From positions 62,001 through 126,000 of the forward strand of contig NW_021832829.1 in assembly GCF_006345805.1 (NCBI RefSeq): a stretch of 64,000 nt of DNA, read 5' to 3'. The position numbers and the translations under genes were made by a program. Below, piece after piece: positions 23,479 through 35,960 of this stretch. The DNA comes from Octopus sinensis (taxonomy: Eukaryota). Numbering within the stretch: the first letter of the stretch is position 1; each line of letters opens with the position of its first letter. Below the pieces are notes generated by a model that was not told the origin of the DNA, made no database searches, and saw only the letters and a program-made list of their open reading frames with translations.

Positions 23479-26400
23479 AAATTCTAATTGTAATGCAACT
23501 GTAAATATTAAAATAGTAAATTACGACCATTTGTTTGTATTCGGGGGACACTCGTACTATATTTATTCTGTAGAACGAAACTACAATACTTCTCAAAGAA
23601 TTTGCAAACATGATCACGACGGATATGTATTCATTCCGGACTATGGACTAGAAAATTGTGCAATACAAAGTATAATCTTTACTTTTAAATAAAAGGTGAT
23701 AAAATTGGATCGGTATACGTCGGAATCATCCAAGAAACGGGCGAGTTTGTGACAAGTAAAGGAGATTTGGCGGTATTTGAACATTATATTTGTTTAGTCG
23801 TACCTTCCTTGGAATTCCAGTCAACCTGGAAGTAAAATGTGTGTAATAAGAAATGTAAGTAATAACGGTAAGTTCGAAACAAACGATTGCAATATAGGAA
23901 AACACATTTGTGAAACAGGTAAGTTTTATTTGTGTCAATCGTAAGACAAAGTTTGTCGGAAGCAACTTTGACGGCATGCAGTTCAAAGAGTCTCATTGTA
24001 TGCGGTTGGAGTGACTAAGGATTAGTTTTCAATGATAAAATACTGGAGCATGACGGATGGAAATTTAGTCTATTTAACATGAATACGACGCTGTCTGTCG
24101 CCAAAACTATCTGTAGTACACTGGGAGACGACCTCTTTGTTCCTCACAATGAGAAAGAAAATGCGTTATTTATAGTTAATAGTTATTTTGTAATGTAAAA
24201 GATAATATGGAATTAACTATTGGATTAAACTTAAACAAGAGTACGTTAAGAATGCGTTTCTTCCTGGAGACCTATAATCAAGAGTGTACTTTTTTGAATG
24301 AATTTTTTAGAATTATAGCAATTGGAAAATAGGATACCCTAACTCGGATACTAATCGAAGTTGTGTGTATATGAATCCGGGAACTGGAATGTGGGAAAAC
24401 GATGTTGTAGAAATGCTTCATTTGTATGTCGGGGACAAAGTAGTATACAATCTACGATAAATTGCTCAAACAATTTTTTAGGCCTCTTTATGGGAAATAG
24501 TTTCTAGAGCCACAAACTAGAGCTTACTCATTTATATTTGGCTCTAAAAATATGTAATGTTTGGTTATCGCAAGACTTTCTACGAAGCAGTACGACTGTG
24601 TTCATATTATGGCCTAAACCTTATTCAAACTACAAATAACTCAATAATTAATGAAATAACTAAATGTATATTCAAAATATAATACTAGACATTTTTTTTT
24701 TTTTAAATGACAAACTTATTGTTAATAAACGAAAAGAGTTAAAATGCGCAGCGGATCGACTGGCAATTCCCGCGCATGATGGCCAATGAGATCCTTGAAA
24801 GAGTCTGATCGACTCGTTGGGATCTTTCGTGGCAACCACGAGCTTAGATCCAAGGCCGACGGAGAAACGATAGCGTCTGCGGACCGATGACTCCAGAGGT
24901 TTCCACCGCGACTGCCAGCGAATAGGTATTCATGGCCAGGACCCGGTACTTCTTCTGTTTGTTAGTTCCGCCTGCTTTGCAACTGAGCCCGGTTCCGCAG
25001 CGGAGGCAATTAGATTCTTGGCGGAGAAAGTGTCGGAGCAGGTGGCGTCCCAGATAAGGCATTTCCCCTTTTCAAACGGGAAGATTGTCATGCCATCCGG
25101 GCGCTTACCGTCGCCTCTGTCGAGCCCGACTGGTTCGAGCTCATTAGGAAACCCCGCCGTCGTTAGGGGCACGGCTCACGGTGTCGTTGATGGCGGCGTG
25201 TCGTGGGAAACGTCCGGCACAATACGTGAGCAGAGAGGGGATGATGGCCATAAGGGTCCACTCTTAAACCGCAGCGGCACTGGTGTGTTTTGCAAATGGG
25301 AAGTCCGAGGCGGAGAGAGACGGAAATCCTTACACAGTCGTTGGTGTCCATTAAGGTGCCGATTGACGCCATAGGGATTGCTGTAAGCCATGCACCGGAG
25401 TATGGTTGCGAGGCGGCCAATAAGCACGCCAAGCGATGTTGATTGAGTTTTAGAATGTGGCGGCCAATAAGCACGCCAAGCCACACCTGCGAGGCCGGCG
25501 CTCGGCTCCTCGTCTCATAAACTGCTCTGACAAACATGATCATCCAGGCACAAATCCCCGAGTACGCTCGGGACCTCCTATTTCTGCAAACATCACCGCA
25601 TTGAGGAAGAAGGAAGGCGGGATCCGCCCTATTGCTGTTGGTACATTTTTTCGCCGTCTAGCTTCCAAAGTAGCCTGTAGACAAGTTACCAAGTCTTTGG
25701 GCCAGGAACTACGCCCGTTTCAGTTGGGCGTCGGTGTCCGCGGCGGCTGTGGAAGCTGCTGTCTATGCCGCAAGAAAGTTTATTTCCGCCTCGTCCGAAA
25801 GGCCGGATAACGCCTCTGTACTCGTGAAGCTAGGACTTGACAAATACTAGACATTATTAATGAGGCTTTTTACATGAATTACAAAATAACGTGGAATGAC
25901 AAATTGAACTGGATAGATACAATACCTTCGGTTAAAATTATTTATGGGCTATATTTAGGTACTCCCAACTGGAAGTCTGGAGAACCCAAAAATAGAGACT
26001 ATCATATTTCATGCGTTAGCGTTTCATCTGACAAGACATGGGTGACCAATATGTGCAGTGAAGAACATATCCCAGTGTGTGTCCAAGATTGTTAACTATT
26101 CATAACATATTTATAGATAAAACGACAAAACCTACATTAATGCCTACTGTTCCAATTACGACTACCACACCGACCATTACAACTACTAATGTTGCAGCTC
26201 AAGTTATTCATCTGGGACTAGGCGCTGGTGTCTCTTTTGCAGTTTTTGCATTCCTAGCTGTCGGATTCGTGTTTATTATTTTACGCAGGTATTTAATTTT
26301 ATGATCGATAGAATAAACACTTCAATTAACAAGTTGTTATCATTTGAAAGCTTTCGAAATATTCAATCGTCTTCATTGTAGGGCGGTTTGATCAAATCTA
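23479..26400 (+). pseudogene. 5'-truncated duplicate of the C-type lectin/mucin gene, interrupted by a CRE-like insertion and lacking the stalk
   Basis: High similarity to 5817-8050; first CTLD and start are missing; insertion at 24694-25842; mucin stalk deleted near 26185. Confidence 0.85.
24694..25842 (-). mobile_element. CRE-like (REL endonuclease) non-LTR retroelement, internally deleted, with inverted 5' segment
   Basis: poly(T) to 24704; TSD AATACTAGACATT at 24681-24693 and 25843-25855. Minus strand carries RPDGMTIFPFEKGKCLIWDATC and VETSG. Plus strand carries an RT fragment ANITALRKKEGGIRPIAVG..QLGVGVRGGC. Confidence 0.88.
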
Positions 26401-26449
26401 ATGCAATAGTAGAACAAGCATTTAATCTTGCTAATATCATTTACCAACT

Positions 26450-26790
26450 AATACATTTATTAATAAAAAGAAACTAATTAGCTTAGTATTTTTTTCAGAT
26501 TTTTGATGTGAGCGGAGGATGACACACCACGCACCTCCACTTCTTATTCCTCATTTTCTCTGGAACTGCAGACCTCCGAGAAGCTGCAGTCTAGGGCTTT
26601 TCTGTAATTAAACGTCAGCAAAAAGCTGGATCAGCGAGACACTCTCCAGAGTCCACTTAAAAACAGTTGACTTCATATAAACCTGTAAAGACTTATCTAC
26701 ACCCAACTGTCTTAAATACCACTTGTGGTATTCGGTGACCAGTTCAACGCATGTCGTCACAGACAGAATGACATGGAGTTAGTAACTAAT
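26450..26790 (-). mobile_element. Duplicated copy of the R4-like 3' fragment
   Basis: Paralogous to 8093-8429 at the syntenic position. Confidence 0.65.
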
Positions 26791-26945
26791 AGATTAATTT
26801 ACCAAATAGGCTATCTTTACAAAAAAGTTCAAATACAAAGTTTACTATACAATTTTGCTATTAAAATTTAAATTTCATTGCTATTAAAATTTAAATTTCA
26901 TTCCAAATATAGGCAGTGGAATGGTTGAATATATAAGAAAACATT

Positions 26946-26951
<6 letters not shown>

Positions 26952-26984
<33 letters not shown>

Positions 26985-27208
26985 GACAGTTTATAAGGTA
27001 AAGAAATCACTAATTAAGAGGCGGAACCGCAGCCGAGAGGAGGATCGAGGAACAGTTCCCCCTTAGAACTGCGAGAGAGATGCGCTCAAAAAGCCACATC
27101 AGTTCACGGGGGTCGTTCCTCGCCCTTCCCAATGACCTTCCGATCTTCGAGAGGAAACGGAGAGTAGACGGGCCAAGTACACCGGAAGTTTCCACTGACA
27201 CCGGTTCG
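26952..27208 (-). mobile_element. 5'-truncated CRE-like 3' fragment, probably young
   Basis: 32-nt poly(T) at 26949-26980; TSD AACATTAAATTT at 26940-26951 and 27209-27220; FEPVSVETSGVLGP..RISLAVLRGN. Confidence 0.88.
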
Positions 27209-27289
27209 AACATTAAATTTATTTATCAAATTCAAAAAGCTGGCAAAATCAACAATGTAAAATGATCGCACTTTATCATTAATTTCATG

Positions 27290-28025
27290 ATTCGAAGCCA
27301 CCAACTCACACTTTGAGGACTTTTCGAGTATAGGAGTAAGCATAAACGACAGCAAGCATGTCTTCTCATTCTCGTCCTCAATAACTTCTGGCAGAGTTTG
27401 AAGTGAATGAAACACTCCCACCTAAGCAGTAGAGGCTGGTGATAATGCCTCTTTGCAGAAGTGTAGTCTTTGCGAACTTGAAGGAAACTCCTTCTCGTAA
27501 ACGTATATTTGGACTGACGGAAACTGAATTTATTACGGAACTTGATATATGCCAAACCCGCGGATCTGAAATATACACAAAACAAAACCGGCAGAAATTC
27601 ATTTGATCATTAGAGCATCGTCAAGCATATTTACAGGAGGAACGACTTGAGATCAAGAAAGTGAGGACTATGTGGACACCTCAGACTGTTGTAGGGTTGA
27701 CCCTTGAAGAGTCATCCCTAGACTGGAAGGAAAGCAACTTGTCGTATTGATAAATGTATTTGGCGACATAGTCACCATAGAAACTGGGAATAATAAGACG
27801 GGACACCTTTGAGGGCCAGAGACTTCAGGGAAAGAGTGTCTTCGGGATAACAGACGAACCTTCCACACAATAAATCACGCTTTAATTGAAGGAAGAGGTA
27901 ATATCTAAGATTGATCCTCGGTGACCGACCCGGTGATTTGGTCAATCTCCAACAGAGTGGTGGGAGGAGGTAATATTTTATTTGTAAAAGCAGAATTTAT
28001 GAACAAGGATCTGCCAATGAATAGT
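27290..28025 (-). pseudogene. Deleted duplicate of the FRMD-like gene
   Basis: Matches 10405-10790 and 11220-11590, with internal deletions and stop codons. Confidence 0.85.
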
Positions 28026-28074
28026 TAAGACAAGTATCTATTTTAGACCAATACGATTCTCATAACCAATTTTC

Positions 28075-28500
28075 AGTCCCATCCTGTTTCTTTTCAGTTC
28101 TTCTCTCGTCTGTTTGGCATATCTCGAGAAATATCTACATTTCTATTAGTCACAACTTTATTTTTGGTGGCTGAGGTGCCATTTCTTTTGGTAATAAATC
28201 GTTAATGTATTCGTCACTTTTGATGACAGTCTGGTTACCATAAAAACCCATATTCCAACTTTGTATTCTGCTCAATTTTTTGATATCAATAGATATGTAT
28301 TTATTGAGTAACTACCTTTATTGTAAGTAAAATGGAATCCCCAGAGTTTGCCTGTTTGGCAGATATTTTGGTTGTCAGTTGCGGTCACCGCAAATAGGCA
28401 GTTTGCACTCACTAAAAGTATTATAATCTTCATTTTTGATTTGTGGATGATTAAAATTCTATTTAGTTATAGGTCTTAATCAGTAAAACTTTGACCAGAT
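28075..28500 (-). pseudogene. Fused remnants of the duplicated enkurin 5' end and the membrane-protein gene 5' end
   Basis: 28085-28215 matches about 20488-20620; 28216 onward matches 21856 onward. Confidence 0.8.
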
Positions 28501-28571
28501 TTATAATAAATTAATTACAAAAATAACGAAATAAATAAATTTATTGTTTTATAGTTTGTGGTGTCTTAAAT

Positions 28572-29230
28572 ATGGCCAAACTCCATTCGACGAGCGAAAA
28601 ACGAAATGGCAGTACAGAACTCCAAAATGCCCCCAAAAGACAAGAATTAAAACCCGAAATAGAAGTAAAACGTGAATATTCCTCCGAAAGTGAGGAAGAG
28701 AAAGTCGAGAAAATAGTCGGGTCCTTAGAACTAAGTGGAAATCTGTTAAAAGACACGAACATGGTCAACGGAGTCATTATCAAGTACAACGAGCCTCCCG
28801 AGGCACGAAAGCCCACAATTCGCTGGAAATTGTACCCATTTAAAGGCGAGGAGAGTTTGGATGTCATTCCTGTGCACAGACAGTCCGCATACCTCCTGGG
28901 ACGAGACCGAAGAGTGGCTGACATTCCCACAGACCACCCTTCCTGCTCAAAACAACATGCCGTCCTCCAATTCAGAGTTGTGGAAAGCAGGGAGTCCGAT
29001 TCGAACAAGACCGGGTCCTCTCTGACTGCCCTGGGAGTTGCAGAGGCCACAGATCAAAAGTCTTTTGTGGTGAAGCCTACATCATTGACCTTAATTCAGC
29101 AAACGGGACATTTCTCAACCAGGAGAGGATCGACAGTCTCCGTTTTGTGGAGTTATTTCCTCGCGATGTACTTAAATTTGGGTTTTCCACTCGAGAATAT
29201 GTATTAATGTATCAGGATATGTTTAATTAA
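28572..29230 (+). CDS. SNIP1: SNIP1/Pml1 FHA-domain splicing factor (RES complex)
   Basis: LSGNLLKDTN..IKYNEPPEARKP..WKLYPFK..HRQSAYLLGRDRRVADIP.DHPSCSKQHAVLQFR. The C-terminal YIIDLNSANGTFLN..DVLKFGFSTREY is in another frame and needs an intron or a 1-nt correction near 29000-29080. Confidence 0.85.
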
Positions 29231-29264
29231 TAATAATTAATTATTTAAATTAGCTGGTTTTGTG

Positions 29265-30643
29265 ATGTTATGTATTCTTCTGTGTTTTATTCTAGACCGC
29301 CCCTCTCTGCCACAATTTGGCAAAATCCTGTTGGTCTTGTCGGTTTGTGTGCTTACCTGGGATTACATGAGCACTGGGAACCTTCATAGACTCGAAAAGG
29401 TCCTCAGTGGGTTTAATGTGAAGAAAGAAGTCTATCTTTCCCTGGTTTTAACTCTCTGACTACTCTCAGTACGATATTGTAGTCCAACGGGGGTATTCTT
29501 GGCGTGAATATTCAGTGGTGACCCAGGACGGGTATATTCTCACCATGCAGCGAATAAATGGAAAAAACATATCTCGTCCTGTTTTTATCCAACATGGAGT
29601 CCTCTCCAGCAGTGTGGATTGGCTGATTGGGTCCTCCTGTTTAGGTGCCCCACATTCCAATTAGTAGAATAGCGTGTGTTCTTGCCGACAGTGGTTTTGA
29701 TGTATGGTTGGGCAACGTTCGAGGAAATATATATTCACGTGCTCACTCTACTTTGTCCCCCGACGAGGATGAATTTTGGAATTTTTCATTTGAAGATCAC
29801 GCAGCGTTCGATATCCCTGCAATGGTCTCCTTTGTCCTCACATCCACCAACAAGGACCAACTTGTTTATATTGGGCACTCACAGGGGTCTCTCATTGGAC
29901 TTATTCAGCTTTCGAGGAATCAGGAATTCGCTGATAAGGTCGCTCTTATGATTGCATTGGCACCCACCCTCTCCTTCCAGGGAGTCTACTGTCCATTTCT
30001 ATCCCTCGCCCCCTATTACCGACATTTCTATGTTTATTCATATTTGGTTAGAATAGAACTTTGTGGGCAAAAAGTGGTTTCTTCAGCCCACTACTATAAG
30101 TTTGTTTATTGGACGGACAGTGTGTGCAAATCCACTCACTCGTTGGGTCTGTCTGTTTGTTATTGGACTGTTCAACGGGTTTAACACTCAGAATTTTGAC
30201 TTGGTATTCCCGGGTCATTATTAGAGGACATGCTCCCCACATACCTCCAGTTCCAACCTTCTTCCACCTCCGTAAAGAACATGGTCCACTACTCTCAAGT
30301 CATTTCCTCTGGACAGTTACGACATTACGATTACGACCAAGATAACATGCGATTTTACAATCAAGTATTCAATTTCTGTCACTCAAGACCACACCCCCAC
30401 TCTACAATGTATCCAATATTCACACACCCATTGTGATCGTGGCTAGTGAAGACGATGTGCTCTGTCCTGCTAGTGTTGGCATTTTGTTCCTCAGTTCAGA
30501 ACGTCCGTTTTCTAGAATCCACTTTCCCTAACGTCGTCGAATCCATCTGGCTTGACAATTTTGCTCATCTGGACTTTGTGCTAGGAAGGGAGGTTGTCGA
30601 CAGAGTCTACAAACCACTGATTTCTGCCATTGAGAGACACTGA
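29265..30643 (+). CDS. Acid lipase (LIPA/gastric lipase family)
   Basis: [46 protein letters not shown] nucleophile elbow, HLDFVLG catalytic His. Start uncertain. Confidence 0.88.
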
Positions 30644-30687
30644 CTTATAATCAATGATATTAATGCTTGTTAGTATTGTGAGTATGT

Positions 30688-32099
30688 CTAGTTGGGGTAT
30701 CCCAGGAGTGTGATAGTGCTGGGGTACCGTCTCCTCACCGGCAGAAACTTGTTCCGGTCAATGAAGAGACTTTGTTCCTTTCGTTGAATTTGGTCTTGGG
30801 TTTGTAGTTTGGTCTCATTGCATCTCTTCAAAGCATTTTCAAGCTCGTTCTCTTTTTGTTTGAGTGTAGAAATGGATTCGTTTATTAATTTCCAGTTCCG
30901 TTCGAGTCTGCCATGTGAATAAGTAAAATCGACTTGGCCTGTGGGTCATCGCCGCAAAGTTCTACTCCTGGTCTCATGTCGTGGGTGTGGAGTCTTGTTT
31001 CTGCCAAACGGAGTGGACCGTCCTTGGCTCTGATCTCGAGTTGACAATTTTTAAGGGCATTTTCAATTTTTTTGATTTCTTGATTGGTCTACAGTACTCA
31101 TCTACAGAGTTACAAGTCGCAAGTTGTCCTTCAATTTTTCAAGGGCGGTCTCGACTTGGTTTATTCTGAGCCCCACGGACATTTCAACTCGATCACTCAT
31201 TTCTCTCAAATCTCGGGATGTGTCAGTCAACACTGAGTTGATTTTGGCTCTCAGATCTGCCGACTGTTTGACCGTTTCCGTGTTTCTGTTTATGTTGTTG
31301 AGAGAGAAAGTGGCCCACTCCATTGGGGTGTTTCGCCTGGGGATGACTGTTTTCATTACTTCAAGTCTGTCGAGGAAGGGTAGTTGATAGTTCCCGAAGA
31401 TTCCTCAGTCAATCGGTGAGAATAGTCGTCGAGGTTCCTGGCGATTGTTTTGTTCGTGAGGTCTGACTCCAAGTCCTCTCTCCGTTGAAGGTTGTTCCTG
31501 GCAGTTATAATGACTGATTACGTAATCTGACTCTCACAATCATCCAATGTCTTCCCTATTATTTGTTTTGACGAGTTGAGGAGACAACACTCCTTACCAT
31601 TAGTCCCTAACCATACCTTTAATAGCAATTCCTCCACCTGGTCGTCGAATATTTCAGATGTGTTTTTCATTCTTTTGCAGTTGCAGTTATCCATGTTTAT
31701 CTGTGTGGGCAAATCCATTGAAAGAAGAGCCAATCGCAGTCGGTCTCGTTGCCCACGCAGATCTCCGGTCTCTTTTATGTTTGTTTGAAGTGATTTCTTG
31801 AGTTCTTGTTTCCAAAAGTCAATGTCTCTCAATCGTTCTCGGAAGGACGTGTCGACTGCATTTATTGAATCCACGATTTTGTTGTTGTAAAAGTTTTGTT
31901 TGGTTTTTGTATCGTAGCATTGTTTTTCACCCTCACAACGAGCAGTCAACGAATTGTTGAAATTGTTGTTATTTTCGCACTGCCACTCTTTTATGGAATA
32001 TGAAGGCCTTCCACAATTTTTCGTGCAGTCGATCAGTCCACATCCAATTTCCTCATTGCTCGACAACCCGTACGTGGACTCATATATTGCACTCATCAC
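30688..32099 (-). CDS. Tektin (TEKT3/4/5-like)
   Basis: ERLRDIDFWKQEL, coiled-coil helices, signature RPGVELCGD, C-terminal RRRYPSTITLLGY. Confidence 0.85.
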
Positions 32100-32626
32100 T
32101 ATTGCTTAGATACTATATGTTCTCGATTCAACTTATTTAACCAAGCTTATTATTTTATTCTGTCATTTTAAATCGAATTCTAAGTTTCCTAGATTTTCTT
32201 TTGAGAGATTAGCTCAAACAATGTGCAGATACAATATATTGAATTGCCTTAAAGGAAAAAAACTATGCTTATTGAGAAAAAAATATGTTGATAGGATATG
32301 CTTGTAGTATCTCCAACTACAAAATATGGACTTCTAGGTAGCACACGACAGGCTATCGAACAACCTGGAATAGATCCCAGCTACTTGGCTTGTGGGCTTG
32401 GCATTAATGGTACTGAAGAAGTAATTATTTGCCAATACACATTGTCAGCAGCAAGAAAATAGCCCTAAATAGCCCTGGAGTATTTCGCTGACCAAAAATT
32501 TTTTTAAGAAAATTAGATCCATATAAAAATCGTGATTATATTCCGATAATAAGAGTTATTAATTTAAAAATTATATTTTTTCAAAAATTTATTTAATTTA
32601 AATAATTTCAACACAGGAATAAATTC

Positions 32627-33710
32627 TTGATTGGTTGCAAAAGAAAATTGACGAATAGTAAAGATTTTGACGATGGTTCAAATATTCAAAATGATTGGAA
32701 TATAATCAATACCATTCCAAAGACAAGAAAATACTGTCCATCTTACTTATTGTTAGGATTCACACGCATCATTGTTGATTCCTTGGAAAACCCCCTCTGT
32801 TTGCTTTGCCTCAAAACACTTGCAGCAGATAGAATGTGGCCATTAAATTAAGAAGACATATTGAAACGATACATTCTGAATATGTCCATAAGTCCGAAGA
32901 ATTTTTTAAAGAAAATTAGAAGAGCTTTTTGCAAAGCTGTGTGAAGATATGGATTTAAAATATACATCGCTTTTATACTATTGTGAGGTGCGCTGGCTAT
33001 CTCGTGCAAAAGTGATTCGAAGGATGTTTGAACTCAAAGATCAGGTTGCAGATTTTCTTTATGAAAATGATATCGAAGATGCAAAATTGTTCAGACTTTA
33101 TTGTCAAATTTTCCTATTAGTTGACATTTTGGGAAATTGAGTATATTGAATAAATCAATGCAGGGACCACAACTACATTTATTCGCTCAAAAGAACAAAA
33201 TAAAAGCATTTATGAAAAAATTAGTATTATGGAAATCAAATATACAAAAAATATTTATGACATGTTTCCACTTTTAATTACCTTCTGCGCCATAGTGAAA
33301 ATTGAAACAAACAAAGACATATTTGAAGCATTTTGTTCATTATTTTAAAGATCTCGACTGTAAAACGTTCGAATGGATACAGAATCATTTATTGATGAAG
33401 AAATTTACAACTTTTGAAAAAGAAAAATTGATAGAATTGTCATGTGATACATTATTGAAACAAAAATTTGAGAGAGAACCGCTAATTTATTTTTGGTTGA
33501 ATTTAAGTACGGAATATGAATTTTGTTGAATAAAGCAATAAAAGTTTTGTTGCCATTTGCTACCTCATATTTATGCGAAACTGGATTTTCTGCACTAGCT
33601 GCAATGAAATCTAAATATCGAACTCGTTTAGTGGTGACTAATGAGCTAAGAGTAGCACTCTTTTCAATGACACCAAGATTTCAAAAACTTTGCGCCAAGA
33701 TGGAATAAAA
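32627..33710 (+). mobile_element. Degenerate hAT (ZBED8/SCAND3-like) transposase
   Basis: PLCLLCLKTLAADRM BED finger; LLYYCEVRWLSRAKV; VLLPFATSYLCETGFSALAAMKSKYR. Confidence 0.8.
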
Positions 33711-33749
33711 TTATCTCACTAACTTTTTGTTTTAAAAAATTTGTTTTGA

Positions 33750-34300
33750 TAAATTAATAATTGTTACATTCTTTAAATTGTTCATTCCGAAGTTTTTCAT
33801 TAAAAACATTTTTGTTGGGTGCATTTCTTTTGGAATGTTCATTATTAGAGATTGACTTCCGTTCCGACTGGACATTTTCCAATTTATGCATACTCCCGCA
33901 TAAGAAGCAGCGCAAAGACTCCTTGCAGAAAGATGCAGTGTGACAGAAATTTGGACATCAAAAACATCGCATTTGTGATTATTGAACCATTTAAATTTCA
34001 TTTCAATGAAACCAATTTTTATTTCCAAAAGTTATTAGAGTTTGTGCTTCAACTTTGTCGGTGATAAATAATTTTTTAATCCCAAGAACTTTGTTTGGTT
34101 TAAATTGTTTTGAAAATATCGAAAGTCCTCCTCCCTGTTGAATAATGGCTCCGTTGACCAATTTTGTCGCCTTGAGATCCGTGTTTTGCAAGCAGTGTGT
34201 GAGCTACTGAGTACATTTGCAACTTCCTAGCCCTAGCTGTGGATTAAATCTTATTAAAAATAAACAAGTGTCCCAAGACTAATTTGACTCACTGTATGAT
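33750..34300 (-). mobile_element. LINE ORF1 remnant with CCHC zinc knuckles
   Basis: Manual translation RCF*CPNFCHTASFCKESLRCFLCGSMH, with stop codons. Confidence 0.6.
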
Positions 34301-34339
34301 CCCGACCTTAACACTAATCCTTTCCTGGACGCAAACACC

Positions 34340-35960
34340 AACTGATTATGTTTTTTTGTATTCACGTTGTTATCAAAATCAGATTTGATAAAAACAGTAC
34401 CGGATATATTACGTAAACAATTGTCCAGAATTCAAGAGACTGATCCAGTCACCTTTATTCCACAAGAAGTGCAAAATGCAAGAAGTAATTATAAAGAAAC
34501 GTCGAAACTGAATAGTCCCTTGTGTCAACCTATAACACAAGAAGAAATAAATACTGCGATAAAAGGTTGCAAAAATAAAGCACCAGGATGGGATTTTATC
34601 CCAATGAATATCTTCAAGAATGCGGACCAGATTTTAGTTGGATTACTAAATATATTATACAATTCTTCGTGGAGTTTTGGACATGTTCCGTCGACCTGGA
34701 AACGAACAATTGTACGTATGGTCGTGAAAAAAGGAAAGCCTAAGTCAAAAGCAGATAGCTATAGGCCAATTAGCTTAATCTGCTCAATGTCGAAAATTAT
34801 GGAGAAAATTGTTTTCAATCGTCTCTCAAGGCTTGTTGAGGATAATAATTTTCTCTCTGACAATCAATTGGGTTTTCGACATAAAAAAAGGACTGGAGAT
34901 TGTCTCAGAGAGCTAAGATCTGCAATTGATAGTTCGAGGAGAAAAAAGGAATTTCTTACAATAGCGTGCTTGGATATAACGAAGGCCTTTGACAGTGTTT
35001 GGCACTACGGACTTCTTGATACGTTATCAAAAGCAGGAATTGGGAGAACCGCATTATTATGGATAGAAAACTTTCTTTCAAGAAGGAGGCCGTATATACG
35101 TGTTGGAAATTTAATTTCTAAGAAAATTGAATTACGAAGAGGGGTTCCGCAGGGATCAATTCTCAGCCCGCTACTCTTCAATTGTGTAATGAGTGAGTTA
35201 CCAAAAACCGAGAGCATAAATAGTCGTATGATTATTTATGCTGATGACATTCTTGTGCTTGATTCAACCATAAGTAAACAAATTTCATGGAAAAGAGTAG
35301 AAACCCATATAAAAAATATTGGGAGGTGGTGCCAAAACAATGGGTTGACTCTGTCAAGAGAAAAATCAACAGTCACATGGATTGCAAGTAAAAGAAAAAA
35401 TATCGATGAATATGTAAATACAGGAGATATAAAAAACTCTGGAAAATTGGAGTATCTCGGAGTATCGATAGACCGAAGAGAATCTTTTAAGGATCATATC
35501 AAAACACGAAGAGAGAAAGCTACAGGAATGTTGAAATCCTTAACTCGATTTCATTTGGAGCCTGAAACTTTCCTTTTTGTGTATTCTACATGTATTGAGC
35601 CATTCTTGATATATGGCCATCAAGGATGGTATAGGTCCGAAGAAGATAGCATTTTTGTGAAAAAGTTGGAAAAGACCAGAAGATTTGCTATTAAATTGGC
35701 ATTTGGATTGGACTTAAAATCAAAAATCGAAGATGCTTATGACGTTAAAGTCAGAAGGATAGAAGATCTGTTACGTCACTTATGGAAATTATGATGTAAT
35801 TTTTTCTTTTGGGTATATGCGAAGAAGAGACATGTGGTGTCTCATAAAATGACCCTATACAATGAAATCAAACCCACATTAATTAGCCTCTTGTTCTGCT
35901 CTGGGCTTTCTCCCTAACATTAATTTATGGGTTTGTTGGGAAATAAAACTTGTCTTGTCT
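34340..35960 (+). mobile_element. 5'-truncated Jockey/I-like LINE; open 475-aa RT ORF at 34367-35794
   Basis: KAPGWDFI, YRPISLI, QLGFR, LDITKAFDSVWH, GVPQGSILSPLLF, YADD, YLGV; 3' AATAAA followed by (CTTGT)3. Confidence 0.9.

Noticed and set aside
32270-32480. Slightly GC-richer segment with a short open frame (STRQAIEQPGIDPSYLACG)
   Set aside because: Too short, with no start or motif; it cannot be assigned.
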